A stretch of 64,000 bases of DNA from a virus (IMGVR_UViG_3300018493_000089:1-64000); one strand, 5' to 3'; counted from the stretch's first letter, positions 1 through 11,938 are shown. Notes: generated by a model not told the origin, from the letters alone. A program made the numbers and translations.

Positions 1-1663
1 AAAAGATTCTGAATATCCAGTCTCAATGATTAACATGAAAGAACTCGATGCTCTGATGTATGTTAAATTAGATATCCTTGGTCTTGATAACATCGGTGTA
101 ATTAATGAAACATGTAGAATTCTTGGAATTGATCGTTTAAACCCAGATAATACTGACCTGAATGACGAAAATGTTTGGAAAAGTATCAGGGAAGATACGA
201 CGCTCATTTTTCAATGGGAATCAGAGTCAGCACAATCTTATTTAAAAAGATTTATGTCTGATAAAACAATTCAAAAAGTAAAGAAACGAAATGAAGATTT
301 TTCCTATATCAAATGGTTTTCATTTGGTAATGGTCTACTGAGACCTGCGTGTGCCAGCTACAGAGATTCCGTTGCGAGTGGTGAGTTTTATCAGAATGGT
401 TTAAAAGAGCTCGATGATTTTCTTGCCCCAACTATGGGACATGTAACTATGCAGGAAGATATTATGCAATTTCTTGTAAGATTTTGTGAATACACTCAAG
501 CAGAATCCGATACAGTACGTCGAGGTATTGCAAAAAAATATGGTACTGAAAAGTTTCTACCTGAAATTGAAGAGCGATTTACGAGTCATGCGACAGACGC
601 ATATGAATTAAAAACTGATGAATGTTCTGAAATTATCAAGCCGTTTTTGCAGGTAATTTTAGATGCATCAAAATATTCTTTTTCTTGGAATCACTCTGAT
701 GCATATAGCTGTGTAGGATATATTTGTGGATATTTAAGATATTATTATCCATTAGAATTTATTACTGCAGCGATGAATGTATTTAGATCAAAGGTAGAAA
801 AAATCGGGAATATCGTTAAATATTCAAAAAAATCAAATGTTGAATTAATGCCTATTCGATTCAGATATTCAAAATCAGATTATATGTTTGATAAAGATAA
901 CAACACAATTTATAAAGGCGTATTTTCTGTAAAAAGTGTAAACGAACAAGTATCTGATGATTTATATGCTCTTCGTGATATGAAATTTGATAACTTTATG
1001 GAATTAATTACATATTGCAAAATGAATTTTCCCATTAAATTTAATCAGATTGAGGCATTAATTAAACTTGAGTATTTTAAAGAGTTTGGAGAAATTCCAT
1101 ATCTTTTAACATGTTTAAATGTTTTTAAAGTATACCACAAAAGATCTACATTAAAAAAAGAAGAAGTTCGGGATCTTGGTATCTCTTATGATGAAATCAA
1201 AAAGTTTTGCGGAAAAGAAACAGCGAAACAGTATTCACAAGTTGATATGAGTTGTTTTATGAATTTGGTTGTCCAAAAGCAATATACACACAGAGAAGTG
1301 ACCATCGGTGAGATTTTATCTTATCAAGATAAATATCTTGGATATATTGATTTTGCTGATTCCAAATATTCCAAATTCGTTCTTATCGAGAAAGTTGATA
1401 CAAAATTTTCCCCTAAATTAACTGCGTATACATTATCTAAAGGTAAGAGGATTCCTTTAAAAATCAGTAAAACACAATTTAGAAAAAACCAGGTAAACGA
1501 GGGTGATGTTGTTCAGATTCTGAATTGGGAAAAGAATGTAAGACGAGTAAAAGATAGTAATGGAGAATGGTCTGCTATTCCGAATGAGTATGACTGGTGG
1601 CTTACAAACTACCGGATTGTTGATAACATCAAAAAATATGATTCAAAAGAAGAGGAGGTGTAA
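1..1663 (+). CDS. dnaE: DNA polymerase III alpha subunit (DnaE-type), C-terminal portion; 5' end lies outside the window
   Basis: The frame is open from position 2. Motifs KLDILGLDN and GHVTMQEDIMQ...ESDTVRRGIAKK match the Pol III alpha finger region (FLGL...; RRAMGKK-like). Confidence 0.65.
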   Translation, partial: KDSEYPVSMINMKELDALMYVKLDILGLDNIGVINETCRILGIDRLNPDNTDLNDENVWKSIREDTTLIFQWESESAQSYLKRFMSDKTIQKVKKRNEDFSYIKWFSFGNGLLRPACASYRDSVASGEFYQNGLKELDDFLAPTMGHVTMQEDIMQFLVRFCEYTQAESDTVRRGIAKKYGTEKFLPEIEERFTSHATDAYELKTDECSEIIKPFLQVILDASKYSFSWNHSDAYSCVGYICGYLRYYYPLEFITAAMNVFRSKVEKIGNIVKYSKKSNVELMPIRFRYSKSDYMFDKDNNTIYKGVFSVKSVNEQVSDDLYALRDMKFDNFMELITYCKMNFPIKFNQIEALIKLEYFKEFGEIPYLLTCLNVFKVYHKRSTLKKEEVRDLGISYDEIKKFCGKETAKQYSQVDMSCFMNLVVQKQYTHREVTIGEILSYQDKYLGYIDFADSKYSKFVLIEKVDTKFSPKLTAYTLSKGKRIPLKISKTQFRKNQVNEGDVVQILNWEKNVRRVKDSNGEWSAIPNEYDWWLTNYRIVDNIKKYDSKEEEV

Positions 1664-2364
1664 TGGTGAATAAATACGTGATCACAGATGGTATTAGATA
1701 TATTGCAAAAAATAAAGCTGGTTCCTATGTTCCTGAACATGATGCAAGCAAAGCTTTAATTCTTTCTAAAGGTGATGCAGAAAAGATTTATTATAATAAT
1801 TTAGCAAAACCCCTGAGAAAAGTTTTTAGATTGTCAAAAGACGCAGTTCCAACAATAAAATCTTCAGAAAGTACAAAAATTGAAGATACAGCGATTGAAG
1901 ACAAAAAGGTTATCGAATGTAAGCCAGATATAAAAACAACAGATGCAATCATTAAGCAGGATGCGAGTAAAAAAGAAATAAAATACACCAAGCATTATGA
2001 TACAAAATGCGGGCTTGATGATGAATTAACAACACAGATTGTTCAGGTAGTAGAGATATTTAAGAGTGCTGCAACAAAAAAAGCTGATCTACAATCAAAA
2101 TTAGATAAAGTAGAAAAAGAAATTGTTGATATCAACCATTACATTGAATTCAAATCTTTGAATGCATGTGATGGATATAATGCCTACAGAATGTTGCGGG
2201 ACAGATTAACAAAACGAAGAAAATTAAAAAATGAATTAAAGGTTGCAGAAATTCTTGCAAAAGGAATTTTCACAACTTCCGATATTACAGATATTGAGAA
2301 AGTTATTAGTTCTTTCGATAAAAATCAATATCGTCCTAGAGTTCTCAGTGATTTATTTGAATAA
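1663..2364 (+). CDS. hypothetical Lys-rich protein
   Basis: ORF of 233 aa. RBS AGGAGG precedes an ATG that overlaps the upstream stop (TAATGG). Confidence 0.5.
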   Translation: MVNKYVITDGIRYIAKNKAGSYVPEHDASKALILSKGDAEKIYYNNLAKPLRKVFRLSKDAVPTIKSSESTKIEDTAIEDKKVIECKPDIKTTDAIIKQDASKKEIKYTKHYDTKCGLDDELTTQIVQVVEIFKSAATKKADLQSKLDKVEKEIVDINHYIEFKSLNACDGYNAYRMLRDRLTKRRKLKNELKVAEILAKGIFTTSDITDIEKVISSFDKNQYRPRVLSDLFE

Positions 2365-2375
2365 GGAGGATTATC

Positions 2376-2930
2376 ATGAGGGAAGTTTATAAAGTTAAAA
2401 AAGGTGACATTGTTCGACTGGTAAAAGCAAATACATTTGATTATGTGGAACATCCTTATATTGCACATTTTATCAATAAAAATTTTGAAGTCGTTGATGT
2501 AAATAAATATAGAATTACTGTGCTAAGAGATAACACAAAAATCGAATGTTATGCCGAATATTTTTATGATTATTTTAAAGTAGTAAAACCTGCAAAAGTA
2601 AAAGAAGAAACCGAAACAAATAAAAAGCAAACCAAAGTATCCAACGAGAAACCCGTTGAAAAGAAAACAGAAAATAAAAAATGGACTGATTGGACAACAA
2701 TTAAAATTTTCGGTGAGGATTATGCATATAAAACTGATGGTAAAACAGTTATTCTGCGTAATGGTGGTTGTAAGGGTGTAAGCAAATGCCATGATGAGGA
2801 TGAATTTAATTTAACAAAAGGTCTTGAAATTGCATTTAATAGGCTGGTAGCTATGAGAACAGAAAAAGCCATTAATGATGCAAGGGCGGATCTTGATAAA
2901 AAAGTAAAAGTAAAGAAGAGAACTGTATGA
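2376..2930 (+). CDS. hypothetical protein
   Basis: ORF of 184 aa with RBS AAGGAGG upstream. Confidence 0.5.
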   Translation: MREVYKVKKGDIVRLVKANTFDYVEHPYIAHFINKNFEVVDVNKYRITVLRDNTKIECYAEYFYDYFKVVKPAKVKEETETNKKQTKVSNEKPVEKKTENKKWTDWTTIKIFGEDYAYKTDGKTVILRNGGCKGVSKCHDEDEFNLTKGLEIAFNRLVAMRTEKAINDARADLDKKVKVKKRTV

Positions 2931-3184
2931 GAAAAAACTTTACATGCTTAAATTGTTTTTCAGAATTTGATGATTGGGCGGAAGTCGTCGAGTCTCATGG
3001 CTTCGATACTCCGCCATATGAAACACAATAGGTTTGCCCATAGTGTCACGATAATAATATTGTTACAGCTGTATATTGTGATTTATGCTTACAGCCTATT
3101 CATGGCAAATACATTGTCACAGTTGATGGTGATACAATTTGTGACAACTGTTTTGTAAAAAGGGATGTGGAAGATCTAATATGA
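2927..3184 (+). CDS. small zinc-ribbon protein (four Cys pairs) with 2 in-frame TAG codons
   Basis: ATG overlaps the upstream TGA. Cys pairs are CLNC, CP*C, CDLC and CDNC. The frame stays open through two TAGs to a TGA that overlaps the next ATG (ATGA). Confidence 0.45.
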
Positions 3185-3756
3185 AAAATACATTGGTTGT
3201 AAATTTAGTTGGTGGACAAGGTTCTGGGAAATCTACAATGATGGCTCATTTATTTGCATAGTTAAAATGGAATAATATTGACTGTGAAATGTGCAGCGAA
3301 TTTGCAAAGGAGCTTGTTTGGGAAAATCGACAAGAAACATTTAAAGATGAGCTTTATATCTTTGCAAAACAGAATCATAGATTATTTAGATGTAACGGAA
3401 AAGTAGATGTAATTATCACCGATAGACCTTTAATCATGTCTATTGCGTATAACCGGTACTATGGAGACCAAACGGATTATTTTTGGAATGCAGCATACGA
3501 AAGTATTGTTTATGAAACATTTAACAAATAGAAAAACCTCAACATTTTTTTGAATAGAGTAAAACCTTTTAATCCAAATGGAAGAAACGAAAATGAAGAG
3601 GATGCTAAAAAATTTGATGAATATTTTAAAGCCTCTCTTGAAGACCTTCGGCTTCCGTACCATGAATTTGATGGTGATTCCAACAGCGTTGAGGAAATAG
3701 GCGAGATGATTATTGGGTTAATAAAGAGAGGTGAAACAAATGATTCAGAACATTAA
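3181..3756 (+). CDS. P-loop deoxynucleoside / nucleotide kinase-like protein (2 in-frame TAG)
   Basis: Walker A GGQGSGKST and a dNK-like DRPL segment. Two TAGs are bridged by continuous conserved sequence. Confidence 0.55.
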
Positions 3757-3883
3757 TTCATTAGAAAATAATGCTAAGTACATTTATATTGGCAACAATA
3801 AATTTGTGAAAATCTAGTTTGATCGACAAATGGCTGAAAAACTCGCAAATGGCATTAAGGAGATTAAAGTTAATGCCGGATAA
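3740..3883 (+). CDS. small hypothetical ORF (1 in-frame TAG), overlaps kinase 3' end
   Basis: ATG at 3740 and 47 codons, but no strong RBS. Confidence 0.2.
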
Positions 3884-3895
3884 GGGGTTGATTGA

Positions 3896-4372
3896 ATGAA
3901 TAAAAAAATTATTTATTGTTTTATAGCCTTTACATTTGTATTAACTTATACAGTATATGGTTGGTCTAAAAGCAATAAAGAAAACCTAGAAGAAATAGAT
4001 AGGTTAAGTGCTATGGTGGCGATTCAGCAAGAAAAAATTGATGAGTTGGAAAAAGAATTAAATATCACAACAGAAAAAAAGCCACAGAAAAAACATTTAG
4101 GTAAGTTTGAATTATCTTTTTATTCTAAGGAGCAGTTTCCAAATTCTCCGACTGCAACAGGTGTAATGCCAGTTGTTGGAAGAACAATTGCTGTTGATCC
4201 ATCTGTGATTCCATAGGGGACAGCAGTTGAAATTGATGGATTTGGTATTAGATATGCCGAAGATACTGGCGGGGCGATTAAAGGCAATAAAATTGATGTA
4301 TTTGTACAGACAACTGCAGAGGCTCGTCAGCTTGGCAGAAAATTTAATGTTGATGTATGGACAGTTGAATAA
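3896..4372 (+). CDS. 3D-domain (MltA/YocH-like) cell-wall-binding protein with N-terminal TM and coiled coil; 1 in-frame TAG
   Basis: RBS GGGG, TM helix IIYCFIAFTFVL, and the 3D motif AVDPSVIP*GTAVEIDGFG...EDTGGAIKGNKIDVF continuing after TAG at 4214. Confidence 0.6.
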
Positions 4373-4392
4373 CAGAAAGGAAGAGCAACAGT

Positions 4393-5121
4393 ATGGGAAA
4401 GGTTTAGATTCATCCATTTACAACAAAAAAACCAATCACAATGATTGGATATATGGCTGGTGTGTGTTATGGAACAGATGTATCTGACGATGAAAAGAAT
4501 TACAAAAGAGGTATTGATTGTCTAAAATCGCAGCATGGCAGAACATGGGAATTTCCAACAGTATAGATGACGATTGAAGGGTACTCTGCAAGAGTTATGA
4601 GAGAAATTTATACTCATATTGGTGGATCTCCTTCTCGTCTGCAAGCAAGTACAAGATATATTAATTACTCTGATTTTGACTATTTTACCCCTCCTTCTAT
4701 TGAAGCTAATCCAGTAGCAAAAATTATTTATGATTCAACAATTATGAATAATATTATGGCTGGATTAAACGAACTAGAAGAAATGGGTATCCCTAAAGAA
4801 GATTCTGCTAATGCACTACCTCTTGGTATGGAATCTGTTATGGTCGGCAAATATAATTTTAGAACGCTGGCGGATATGTCACATCAAAGAAAATGTGTAA
4901 GAGCGTACCATGAATTCAGAGGATGGTTTAATGATTTAGAAAATTCTTTATCTGAATATTCTGAAGAGTGGGCATATCTTGTAAAAGAACATTTTATGCC
5001 TAAATGTGAACATCTGTTACATTGTCCAGAAAGATTTTCTTGTGGTAAATATCCTCCTAAAAATGTTGTTATGGAACTGATTGCACAGTGGAAAAAACAA
5101 CAGGAGGCAAAATCAGAATGA
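4393..5121 (+). CDS. thyX: flavin-dependent thymidylate synthase ThyX (2 in-frame TAG)
   Basis: ThyX motifs are HGRTWEFPTV*MTIEG, SARVMREIYTHIGG, SxRY (ASTRYINYS) and ALPLGMESVMV...NFRTL. TAGs lie at 4405 and 4564. Start ATG is at 4393. Confidence 0.75.
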
Positions 5122-5639
5122 AAAAATCATTAATTTTACTTGTCGGAAAATCTGGTTCCGGTAAAACGACAATCGCAGAATAGCTTGAAAAGAATTATGG
5201 ACTAACAATGCTTGAATCATATACAACAAGGCAACCCAGGTACGAGGGTGAAAGAGGACATATTTTTGTTACAAAAGAGGAATTTGAAAAAATGCCTAAC
5301 AAAGTGGCGCACACATTTTTTGATGGAAATGATTATTGGGCAACACAAGAACAATGTGATGAATCAGATGTCTATGTGATCGATCCTGATGGCATCAAAA
5401 CATTTAAAAGAATTTATAATAGCCCAAGACCATACAAAATTGTTTATTTAAAAATAAGTCCGATTGTTAGATTTTGGCGAATGACAAAACGTGGTGATGG
5501 CGTAATGAAATCAATTAGACGTATTATGCATGACCATAAGAAATTTGGAAAATTTGAAAATGAGTTTGGCGTAAAAATTATTAAAAGAGACCCTGTTTGG
5601 AGCATTGCCAAACAAATTCATGAAATGAGGTCATTATGA
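5118..5639 (+). CDS. guanylate kinase-like nucleoside monophosphate kinase (1 in-frame TAG)
   Basis: P-loop GKSGSGKTT and guanylate-kinase motif SYTTRQPRYEGERGHIFVTKEEF. TAG at 5181. Confidence 0.6.
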
Positions 5640-6091
5640 TGAAATATTCTACAGTTGTGTAGATTTCACATCCATATGGCGGATTAAAGGAAAACGAGGA
5701 TATTGTGGCTGAGTTAATTATTGAACTCAGTCGCAAATTCCCGGAGTATTTATTTATCTCGCCAATCCACGCTTTTTCTTTCACATACAAAACAGAAAAG
5801 AAATATCAAGACGGTCTTGATAAATGTTTATGGTTGTTAGATCAGTGTGATGAAATGTGGGTTTTTGGCAAATATAGAGAAAGCATTGGATGTATGGCTG
5901 AAATCGAATATTGTAATGAGCATCATATTTATTATCAAGCAATCAATGACAATTGTTTAAAAATCATGGCAGAACCAAGAAAGTGCTGTGATTGTGGATT
6001 GATGGAAATAGATGAGCAATATGCAATTTGCAATAAAAGTTTTGTAAGTCAGATTTATGAAAAGGTTTGTGGTAAACATGGACAAGAATAA
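5636..6091 (+). CDS. nucleoside 2-deoxyribosyltransferase-fold (DUF4406-like) protein (1 in-frame TAG)
   Basis: SHPYGG...FISPIHAF...CDEMWVFG pattern typical of the NDT-like fold. The frame is open across the TAG at 5660. Confidence 0.45.
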
Positions 6092-6228
6092 AAAATTATT
6101 GCTTGAGTTGATTTGTGATAGACAGATTGCATTATTATTACAAGACAGTACAAATTATGAATCTGCAAAATATAAGCAATTAGAGAAACTGAAAGTATAT
6201 GTCAAAGATATTAAGGAGGGTGTTGCTA

Positions 6229-8469
6229 TTGAAGGTAATTAAAAGAAACGGTACAGAAATGTAGTTTGATTCAAATAAGATTAAAATAGCGATTTTAAAA
6301 GCATTTGTTGATGTAGATGGTGAAGAAAGCCAGTATGCAAAAGACAAGGCGAGAGATATTGCTAATTATATCGCATCTTTAAATAAAACAATGTCTGTAG
6401 AAGAAATCCAAAATATCGTTGAAGAAAAACTGATGGCTAGCAATAGAAAAGATGTAGCCAGAGCATATGTTCGATACAGATAGATGAGAGATATGGCAAG
6501 ATCCCAGTACGATGGTTTTATGCAAGCCATTAGGGAAAAGGTTGAAGCTTCAAATGTTCAAAATCAAAACGCCAATGTAGATGAACATTCTTTTGGTGGC
6601 AGAACCGGCGAGGCAACAGACACAATGATGAAAAAGTATGCTCTTGACTATTGTGTGTCAAAAATGGCTAGAGACAACCATCTGAATAATATTATTTACA
6701 TTCATGATCTGAATTCTTATGCCGTAGGCATGCATAACTGCCTGTCAGTACCTTTAGATGATTTGCTGAAAAATGGGTTTAACACAAGACAGACTGATGT
6801 ACGTCCTGCAAATTCTGTTAATACAGCATTTCAGCTTGTAGCAGTGTTATTCCAGTTGCAATCACTAATGCAGTTTGGCGGCGTGTCCGCTACCCATATT
6901 GACCATACAATGGTTCCTTATGTGAGAAAGAGTTTTTATAAACATCTAATGGATGGTTTTAAGTATATTGAGGGCGTAGCAGAGCCTAGAAAATATATGT
7001 ATCAAGAAAACGCTGATGAATTTTGGACTCAATACACTGATATTGATGACAAGGATTTAAAAGCAGCGCATCCTAAAGCATACCAATACGCAATGGATAT
7101 GACGACAAAAGAGACATATCAGGCAGTTGAAGGTATGTAGCATAACCTCAATACACTGCAGAGTAGATCTGGTAATCAGCTTCCATTTAGTTCTGTGAAT
7201 TACGGCACGTGTACTCTACCAGAAGGCAGAATGGTAACAAAAGCGTTGTTAGAAGTATCAATCAATGGTATCGGCAAACTACATAGAACGTCTGTGTTCC
7301 CTTGTGGTATTTTCCAGTGTATGAAAGGCGTAAATAGAAAACCTGGCGATCCTAACTACGATTTGTTCCAATTGGCATTAAAATCTACAGCACAGAGACT
7401 GTATCCCAATTATGCCAATGTGGATTGGAGTAATAACGCAGGATACGATATTAATGACCCTAGAACATATTTTAGTACAATGGGTTGTCGTACAGCCAAC
7501 CTGTTCGACATTAATGGCTTAGGTCAGCTTAAAGATGGTAGAGGCAACATCTGTCCTGTAACAATCATTATGCCTACATTGGCTATGATGGCAAAAGAAC
7601 TGTACGAAGACCAGACTTACGATACACATGCTAATATTGTAGATATTTTCTTATACATTCTCGACCAAAAAATTCATGAGGCAAAAGATATGCTTATTGA
7701 ACGATTTGAGTGGATTTGTAAACAGAATCCAAAATCTGCAAAATTCATGTATGAAAATAATCTAATGGCTGGTTATGTTCCAGAAGAAGGAATTAGAAGC
7801 GCTTTAAAACATGGCACCCTAGCTTTAGGTCAGTTAGGTCTTGCGGAAACACTGCAGATTCTAATTGGTTGTGACCATACAACAAAAGAAGGTATGGATT
7901 TGGCAAAACAGATTGAGCAGTTATTCAAAGATAGATGTGCTGAGTTCAAACAAGAATATCAACTGAATTTTGGTGTTTATTATTCTCCAGCAGAAAATCT
8001 TTGTCATACAGCAATGAGAAAATTCCAAGAACAATATGGCGTGATTGAAAAAGTATCTGATAAAGATTATTTTACAAACTCTATGCATATTCCTGTATGG
8101 CATAAAATGACACCATTTGAAAAGATTGATTTAGAAGCGCAGTTAACAGGATACTCTAGTGCTGGATGTATTACATATGTAGAACTTGAATCTTCAGTAA
8201 AACATAACATCGAGGCACTTGAAACACTTGTTAATTATGCAATGGATCAGGATATTCCTTATTTTGCAATTAATGTTCCCAATGATACATGTTTAGATTG
8301 TGGTTATTGCGATGAAATTAATGATGTTTGCCCCATGTGCGGAAGCAAAAGAATTCAGCGTTTACGTAGAGTAACTGGTTATTTAACAAATGATTACAAA
8401 ACAGCATTTAATTATGGCAAACAACAAGAAGTTGAAATGAGAGAAAAGCATAGTGGGGTATCCGTATGA
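6229..8469 (+). CDS. nrdD: anaerobic ribonucleoside-triphosphate reductase NrdD with N-terminal ATP-cone (3 in-frame TAG; TTG start)
   Basis: SD AGGAGGG sits 8 nt before TTG. ATP-cone VIKRNGTEM*FDSNKI and NrdD motifs NTLQSRSGNQLPFSS, GIGKLHRTSVFPCGIF. The C-terminal Zn and glycyl-radical region reads CLDCGYC...CPMCGS...RVTGYL. TAGs lie at 6262, 6481 and 7138. Confidence 0.85.
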
Positions 8470-9011
8470 GAATTATAGATATTACAACATGCAGTGTTGC
8501 TGATGGTTTAGGGTTCCGTTTGGTAATTTGGTGTGCTGGATGTGAACATCATTGTGAAGGATGTCATAATCCTGAATCATGGGATTGTAACGCTGGACAC
8601 AAACTAACAGATAAAGACCTTGATACAATATTTGATCAACTAGAATTTGATTATATTAAAGGAATCACATTTAGCGGAGGAGATCCTTTGCATCCACAAA
8701 ATGTAGAGCAAGTTTATAGACTCTGCAGAGTGATTAAAGAAAATTATCCGGATAAAACAATTTGGATATATACAGGATATAAATTTGAGAACATTTATTA
8801 CGAACCTGGTTGTTTTATGACTCAAGATTGTAATCCAGCAAGGGATCTTAGAAACGAAGTGCTGAAATATATCGATGTGCTTGTTGATGGCGAATTCGTT
8901 CACGACAGAAGAAATGTAACAATTGCTTTTCGAGGTAGCGATAATCAAAGACTAATTGATGTTCCAAAATCATTAAAGGCGTGGAAAGCAGTTATTTATG
9001 AGCAGGAGTAA
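8466..9011 (+). CDS. nrdG: anaerobic RNR activating protein NrdG (radical SAM)
   Basis: Radical-SAM cluster motif CEHHCEGC, overlapping nrdD stop; no TAG. Confidence 0.85.
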   Translation: MRIIDITTCSVADGLGFRLVIWCAGCEHHCEGCHNPESWDCNAGHKLTDKDLDTIFDQLEFDYIKGITFSGGDPLHPQNVEQVYRLCRVIKENYPDKTIWIYTGYKFENIYYEPGCFMTQDCNPARDLRNEVLKYIDVLVDGEFVHDRRNVTIAFRGSDNQRLIDVPKSLKAWKAVIYEQE

Positions 9012-9022
9012 CATCCTGCTCT
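8999..9022 (+). terminator. GC-rich hairpin after nrdG (AGCAGGA-gtaaca-TCCTGCT); weak terminator or attenuator
   Basis: 7-bp stem with a 6-nt loop, but no clean T-tract. Confidence 0.25.
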
Positions 9023-9042
9023 CTATTAAAAGAGGTAGTCTT

Positions 9043-9660
9043 ATGGGAAAAGAATTGAGTTTAAGAAATTAGAATCTTGTTATCGGAGTGATGCTCCTTT
9101 GGGGTTTTATTGTAAATGTATTTACATGTGCATTTGGTGGAGAATATTTTGCTTCAATTAGTCCAGTGAAATTATTAATAGGGTATTTTATTACAGCCAT
9201 TATTGGTATTTGTATGAGCGCATTTTCAGAAAATCCGTTTGTAAGTTTCATTGGTTATAACTTGGTTGTATTACCTATCGGCGCTGTATTAAGTGTTACA
9301 TTACAAGATGTTGCAAAACTAACAATCCTTATGGCGTTTGGTGCAACTGCGTGCATGACATGCTTAATGATGATAGCAGCAACATTGAAACCGCAATTGT
9401 TTTTATCAATGGGTAGAATTCTGTTTATGAGTTTGCTTTTTGTAATTATAATTGAGCTTCTAATGGTCGTGTTTTGCGGTGTATCTCCAACAATAATTGA
9501 CTTTGTTGTGATTGCTTTGTTCTGTTTATATGTAGGATATGATTGGGCAAAGGCGCAAGAGATGCCAAAAACATTGGATAATGCGGTAGATAGTGTTGTT
9601 GGACTGTATTTGGATATTGTAAATATTTTTATCAGACTCATTGATATTATGGAAGATTAA
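9043..9660 (+). CDS. Bax-inhibitor-1 / YccA-family multi-pass membrane protein (1 in-frame TAG near N-terminus)
   Basis: RBS AGAGG precedes ATG 9043. Seven predicted TM segments and the family C-terminal signature GLYLDIVNIFIRLIDIM. TAG at 9070. Confidence 0.5.
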
Positions 9661-9672
9661 GGAGTGCCTTGC

Positions 9673-9918
9673 ATGATAAACAAAAAAACTTGGGAAGAAT
9701 TTAGAGATTCTGGAATGTTATGGTAGATCAATATGATTCTGCATATCTTTGGATGGTCAATTGTAGTTGAATTAGAAGATAAAAAAATAATAAATGCATA
9801 TCCGGCAAGGGTAAAATTTAGGGGATTTTCCGAAGAGAATAATACAGAAGGATATAGAAAAGTAAGCAAATATATGTATGAAAACATTAATGAGATTTTA
9901 GAAGAAGCAGAAAACTAA
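9673..9918 (+). CDS. hypothetical Trp-rich small protein (1 in-frame TAG)
   Basis: RBS AAGGAG sits 8 nt before ATG, and the frame stays open through the TAG at 9724. Confidence 0.4.
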
Positions 9919-9929
9919 GGATTGATTAA

Positions 9930-11207
9930 ATGAAAACAGTAATCAAAATATTTGAGCAATTAAAAAACACCTCTGGCAAAAAAGATAAAGAGGCAATTAT
10001 TGAAACCAATAAGGATAATGAATTATTCAAAGAATGTCTGGTATTTCTGTTAGACGATAATGTGACTACAGGTATCGCAAAAAAATCCTTGCAAAAGAAC
10101 ATCAAATGCGACGGCGACATTATGTTATTAGTATCTTGGCAAGATTGTATGTCTTATTTAAAAGAAAATAATACTGGTAAAGATTACGACATTTTAGTTG
10201 CACAAGGTTTTGTAAAATTCCAAGATGAAGCAGATAGATGGTTTTATGAAGGTATGATTACCAAAACACTTAAAATTGGTTGCGATAAAGCAATTGTCAA
10301 TAAAGTGATTCCACAATTAATTCCAGATTGGAAAGTTCAGCTAGGTTCTTCGTTTGAAAAATTGAGATTGAAAGATAACGAAAAATTCTTTTTAAGTAAA
10401 AAAATGAATGGACATAGAGGATCATTTTATGAAGGCAAATTTATTTCTCGCCAAGGTAAAGAAATATCTGGTTTACAACATATCATTGACGATATTGAAA
10501 AACTATATCTTAGTACATACTTTATCGACGGCGAATTGATAAGGAAAAATGTAGAGAATCTTGATGATAACGAGAATTTCAGAATCACATCGAGTATTTT
10601 AAATTCTGATACAGAAGATAAATCTGACATTGAGTTTGTAATTTTTGATATTTTTCCAGCAGATACAATTGTTGGCAATCATACTATCGAAAATTATAGT
10701 GAACGGAAAAAGCGGATGAAAGATTTAGAGTATCTTTTTCAACATAATAATATTCGTAACTTGAAAATTGTCGAAATGGTGTATGAAGGTACAGATCCTA
10801 ATCAAATTCATAAATGGCTAAAATATGCTGTAGATAATGACTGGGAAGGGATTATGCTAAACAAGGATGTTCCTTATGTGTTTAAACGCACAACGAATGT
10901 TATAAAAATCAAACAGTTTTTATCCATAGATTTAAGAATCATCGGGTATGAAGAAGGTCAAGGAAAAAACGAAGGAAAGCTTGGAGCTTTTGTTGTTGAT
11001 TATAAAGGCAATAAAGTTGAAATTGGCGGTGGATACTCAGATGAAGAGCGTGCAACCTTTTGGGAACACAGGGATGAGATGATTGGAAAAATCATAGAAA
11101 TTAAATATAAAGGTGAATCCCAAAATAAAAGGAGTGGGTTAAAGAGTCTTCAGTTTGCAGATTTTGTCTGCATCAGAAACGATAAAAATGACCCTAGTTA
11201 CAACTAA
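9930..11207 (+). CDS. ATP-dependent DNA ligase
   Basis: Nucleotidyltransferase motifs are KMNGHRG (KxDG), FIDGELI, FVIFDIF and WEGIMLNKD...KIK. No TAG. Confidence 0.75.
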   Translation: MKTVIKIFEQLKNTSGKKDKEAIIETNKDNELFKECLVFLLDDNVTTGIAKKSLQKNIKCDGDIMLLVSWQDCMSYLKENNTGKDYDILVAQGFVKFQDEADRWFYEGMITKTLKIGCDKAIVNKVIPQLIPDWKVQLGSSFEKLRLKDNEKFFLSKKMNGHRGSFYEGKFISRQGKEISGLQHIIDDIEKLYLSTYFIDGELIRKNVENLDDNENFRITSSILNSDTEDKSDIEFVIFDIFPADTIVGNHTIENYSERKKRMKDLEYLFQHNNIRNLKIVEMVYEGTDPNQIHKWLKYAVDNDWEGIMLNKDVPYVFKRTTNVIKIKQFLSIDLRIIGYEEGQGKNEGKLGAFVVDYKGNKVEIGGGYSDEERATFWEHRDEMIGKIIEIKYKGESQNKRSGLKSLQFADFVCIRNDKNDPSYN

Positions 11208-11221
11208 GAGGTGATAGTTAT

Positions 11222-11929
11222 ATGAGTCGAATATTTGTGACGGGCGATACACACGGAGATTTTTTCCATATATAGAATTTCTGTCTTGATAATAATACTA
11301 GCATAGACGACATTATGATTGTTTGTGGCGATGCTTGCATAAATTTTTATCTTGATAAAAGAGATGACAGACTTAAAGAAAGAATAGCTGGAATACCAAT
11401 AACATTTCTAATTGTGCATGGAAACCATGAAGAACGAGCTTGGAATGTTAAGGGTTATAAACTGAAAGAACATAAAATTGGAACAGATAATTATGTGTAT
11501 GGATATAGCGAAGAAAAATATCCAAATATAATTTTTGTTCAAGATTTTCATATTGAAACATTGAACGGAAAAAGATTTATGTTCCTTGGTGGTGCTTATT
11601 CTGTAGATAAATTCTATAGATTAGCAATGAACTGGTACTGGTTTGAATCTGAGCAAATGCCAGAAGAGGAAATGCTAGAGGTCTTAAAATTTGTCACAAG
11701 CGTAAGTAATTTCGATTATGTTGTGTCACATACATGTCCGTATAAATATATTCCAACAGAGGCGTTTTTGCCATCGATTAACCAGAATACAGTTGATCAG
11801 AGTACAGAATATTTCTTAGATGAAGTTGATGATTTAATTCAATACAAACAATGGTATTGTGGGCATTGGCATATCAAAAAAGAAATTCAAAAATTAAAAT
11901 TCTTATTTGACGATATTATTGAAATTTAA
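11222..11929 (+). CDS. calcineurin-like metallophosphoesterase (1 in-frame TAG)
   Basis: Motifs GDTHGD, IVCGDA and GNHE. Frame open across the TAG at 11273. Confidence 0.7.
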
Positions 11930-11938
11930 GGTGATTAC

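Noticed and set aside
1791-1991. Short antisense ORFs in the track (e.g. 1791..1991, 2523..2792, 8640..8948, 9255..9641, 12867..13292, 44065..44745, 54883..55590, 25643..25915)
   Set aside because: They lie entirely inside, and antisense to, well-supported genes. Their composition is low-complexity Phe/Ile/Leu-rich, typical of AT-rich antisense frames.
6057-6242. 61-aa ORF overlapping the end of the NDT-like gene and the nrdD start
   Set aside because: It overlaps both neighbours and has a weak RBS. The NrdD TTG start with an ideal SD explains the region, though a small gene cannot be excluded.
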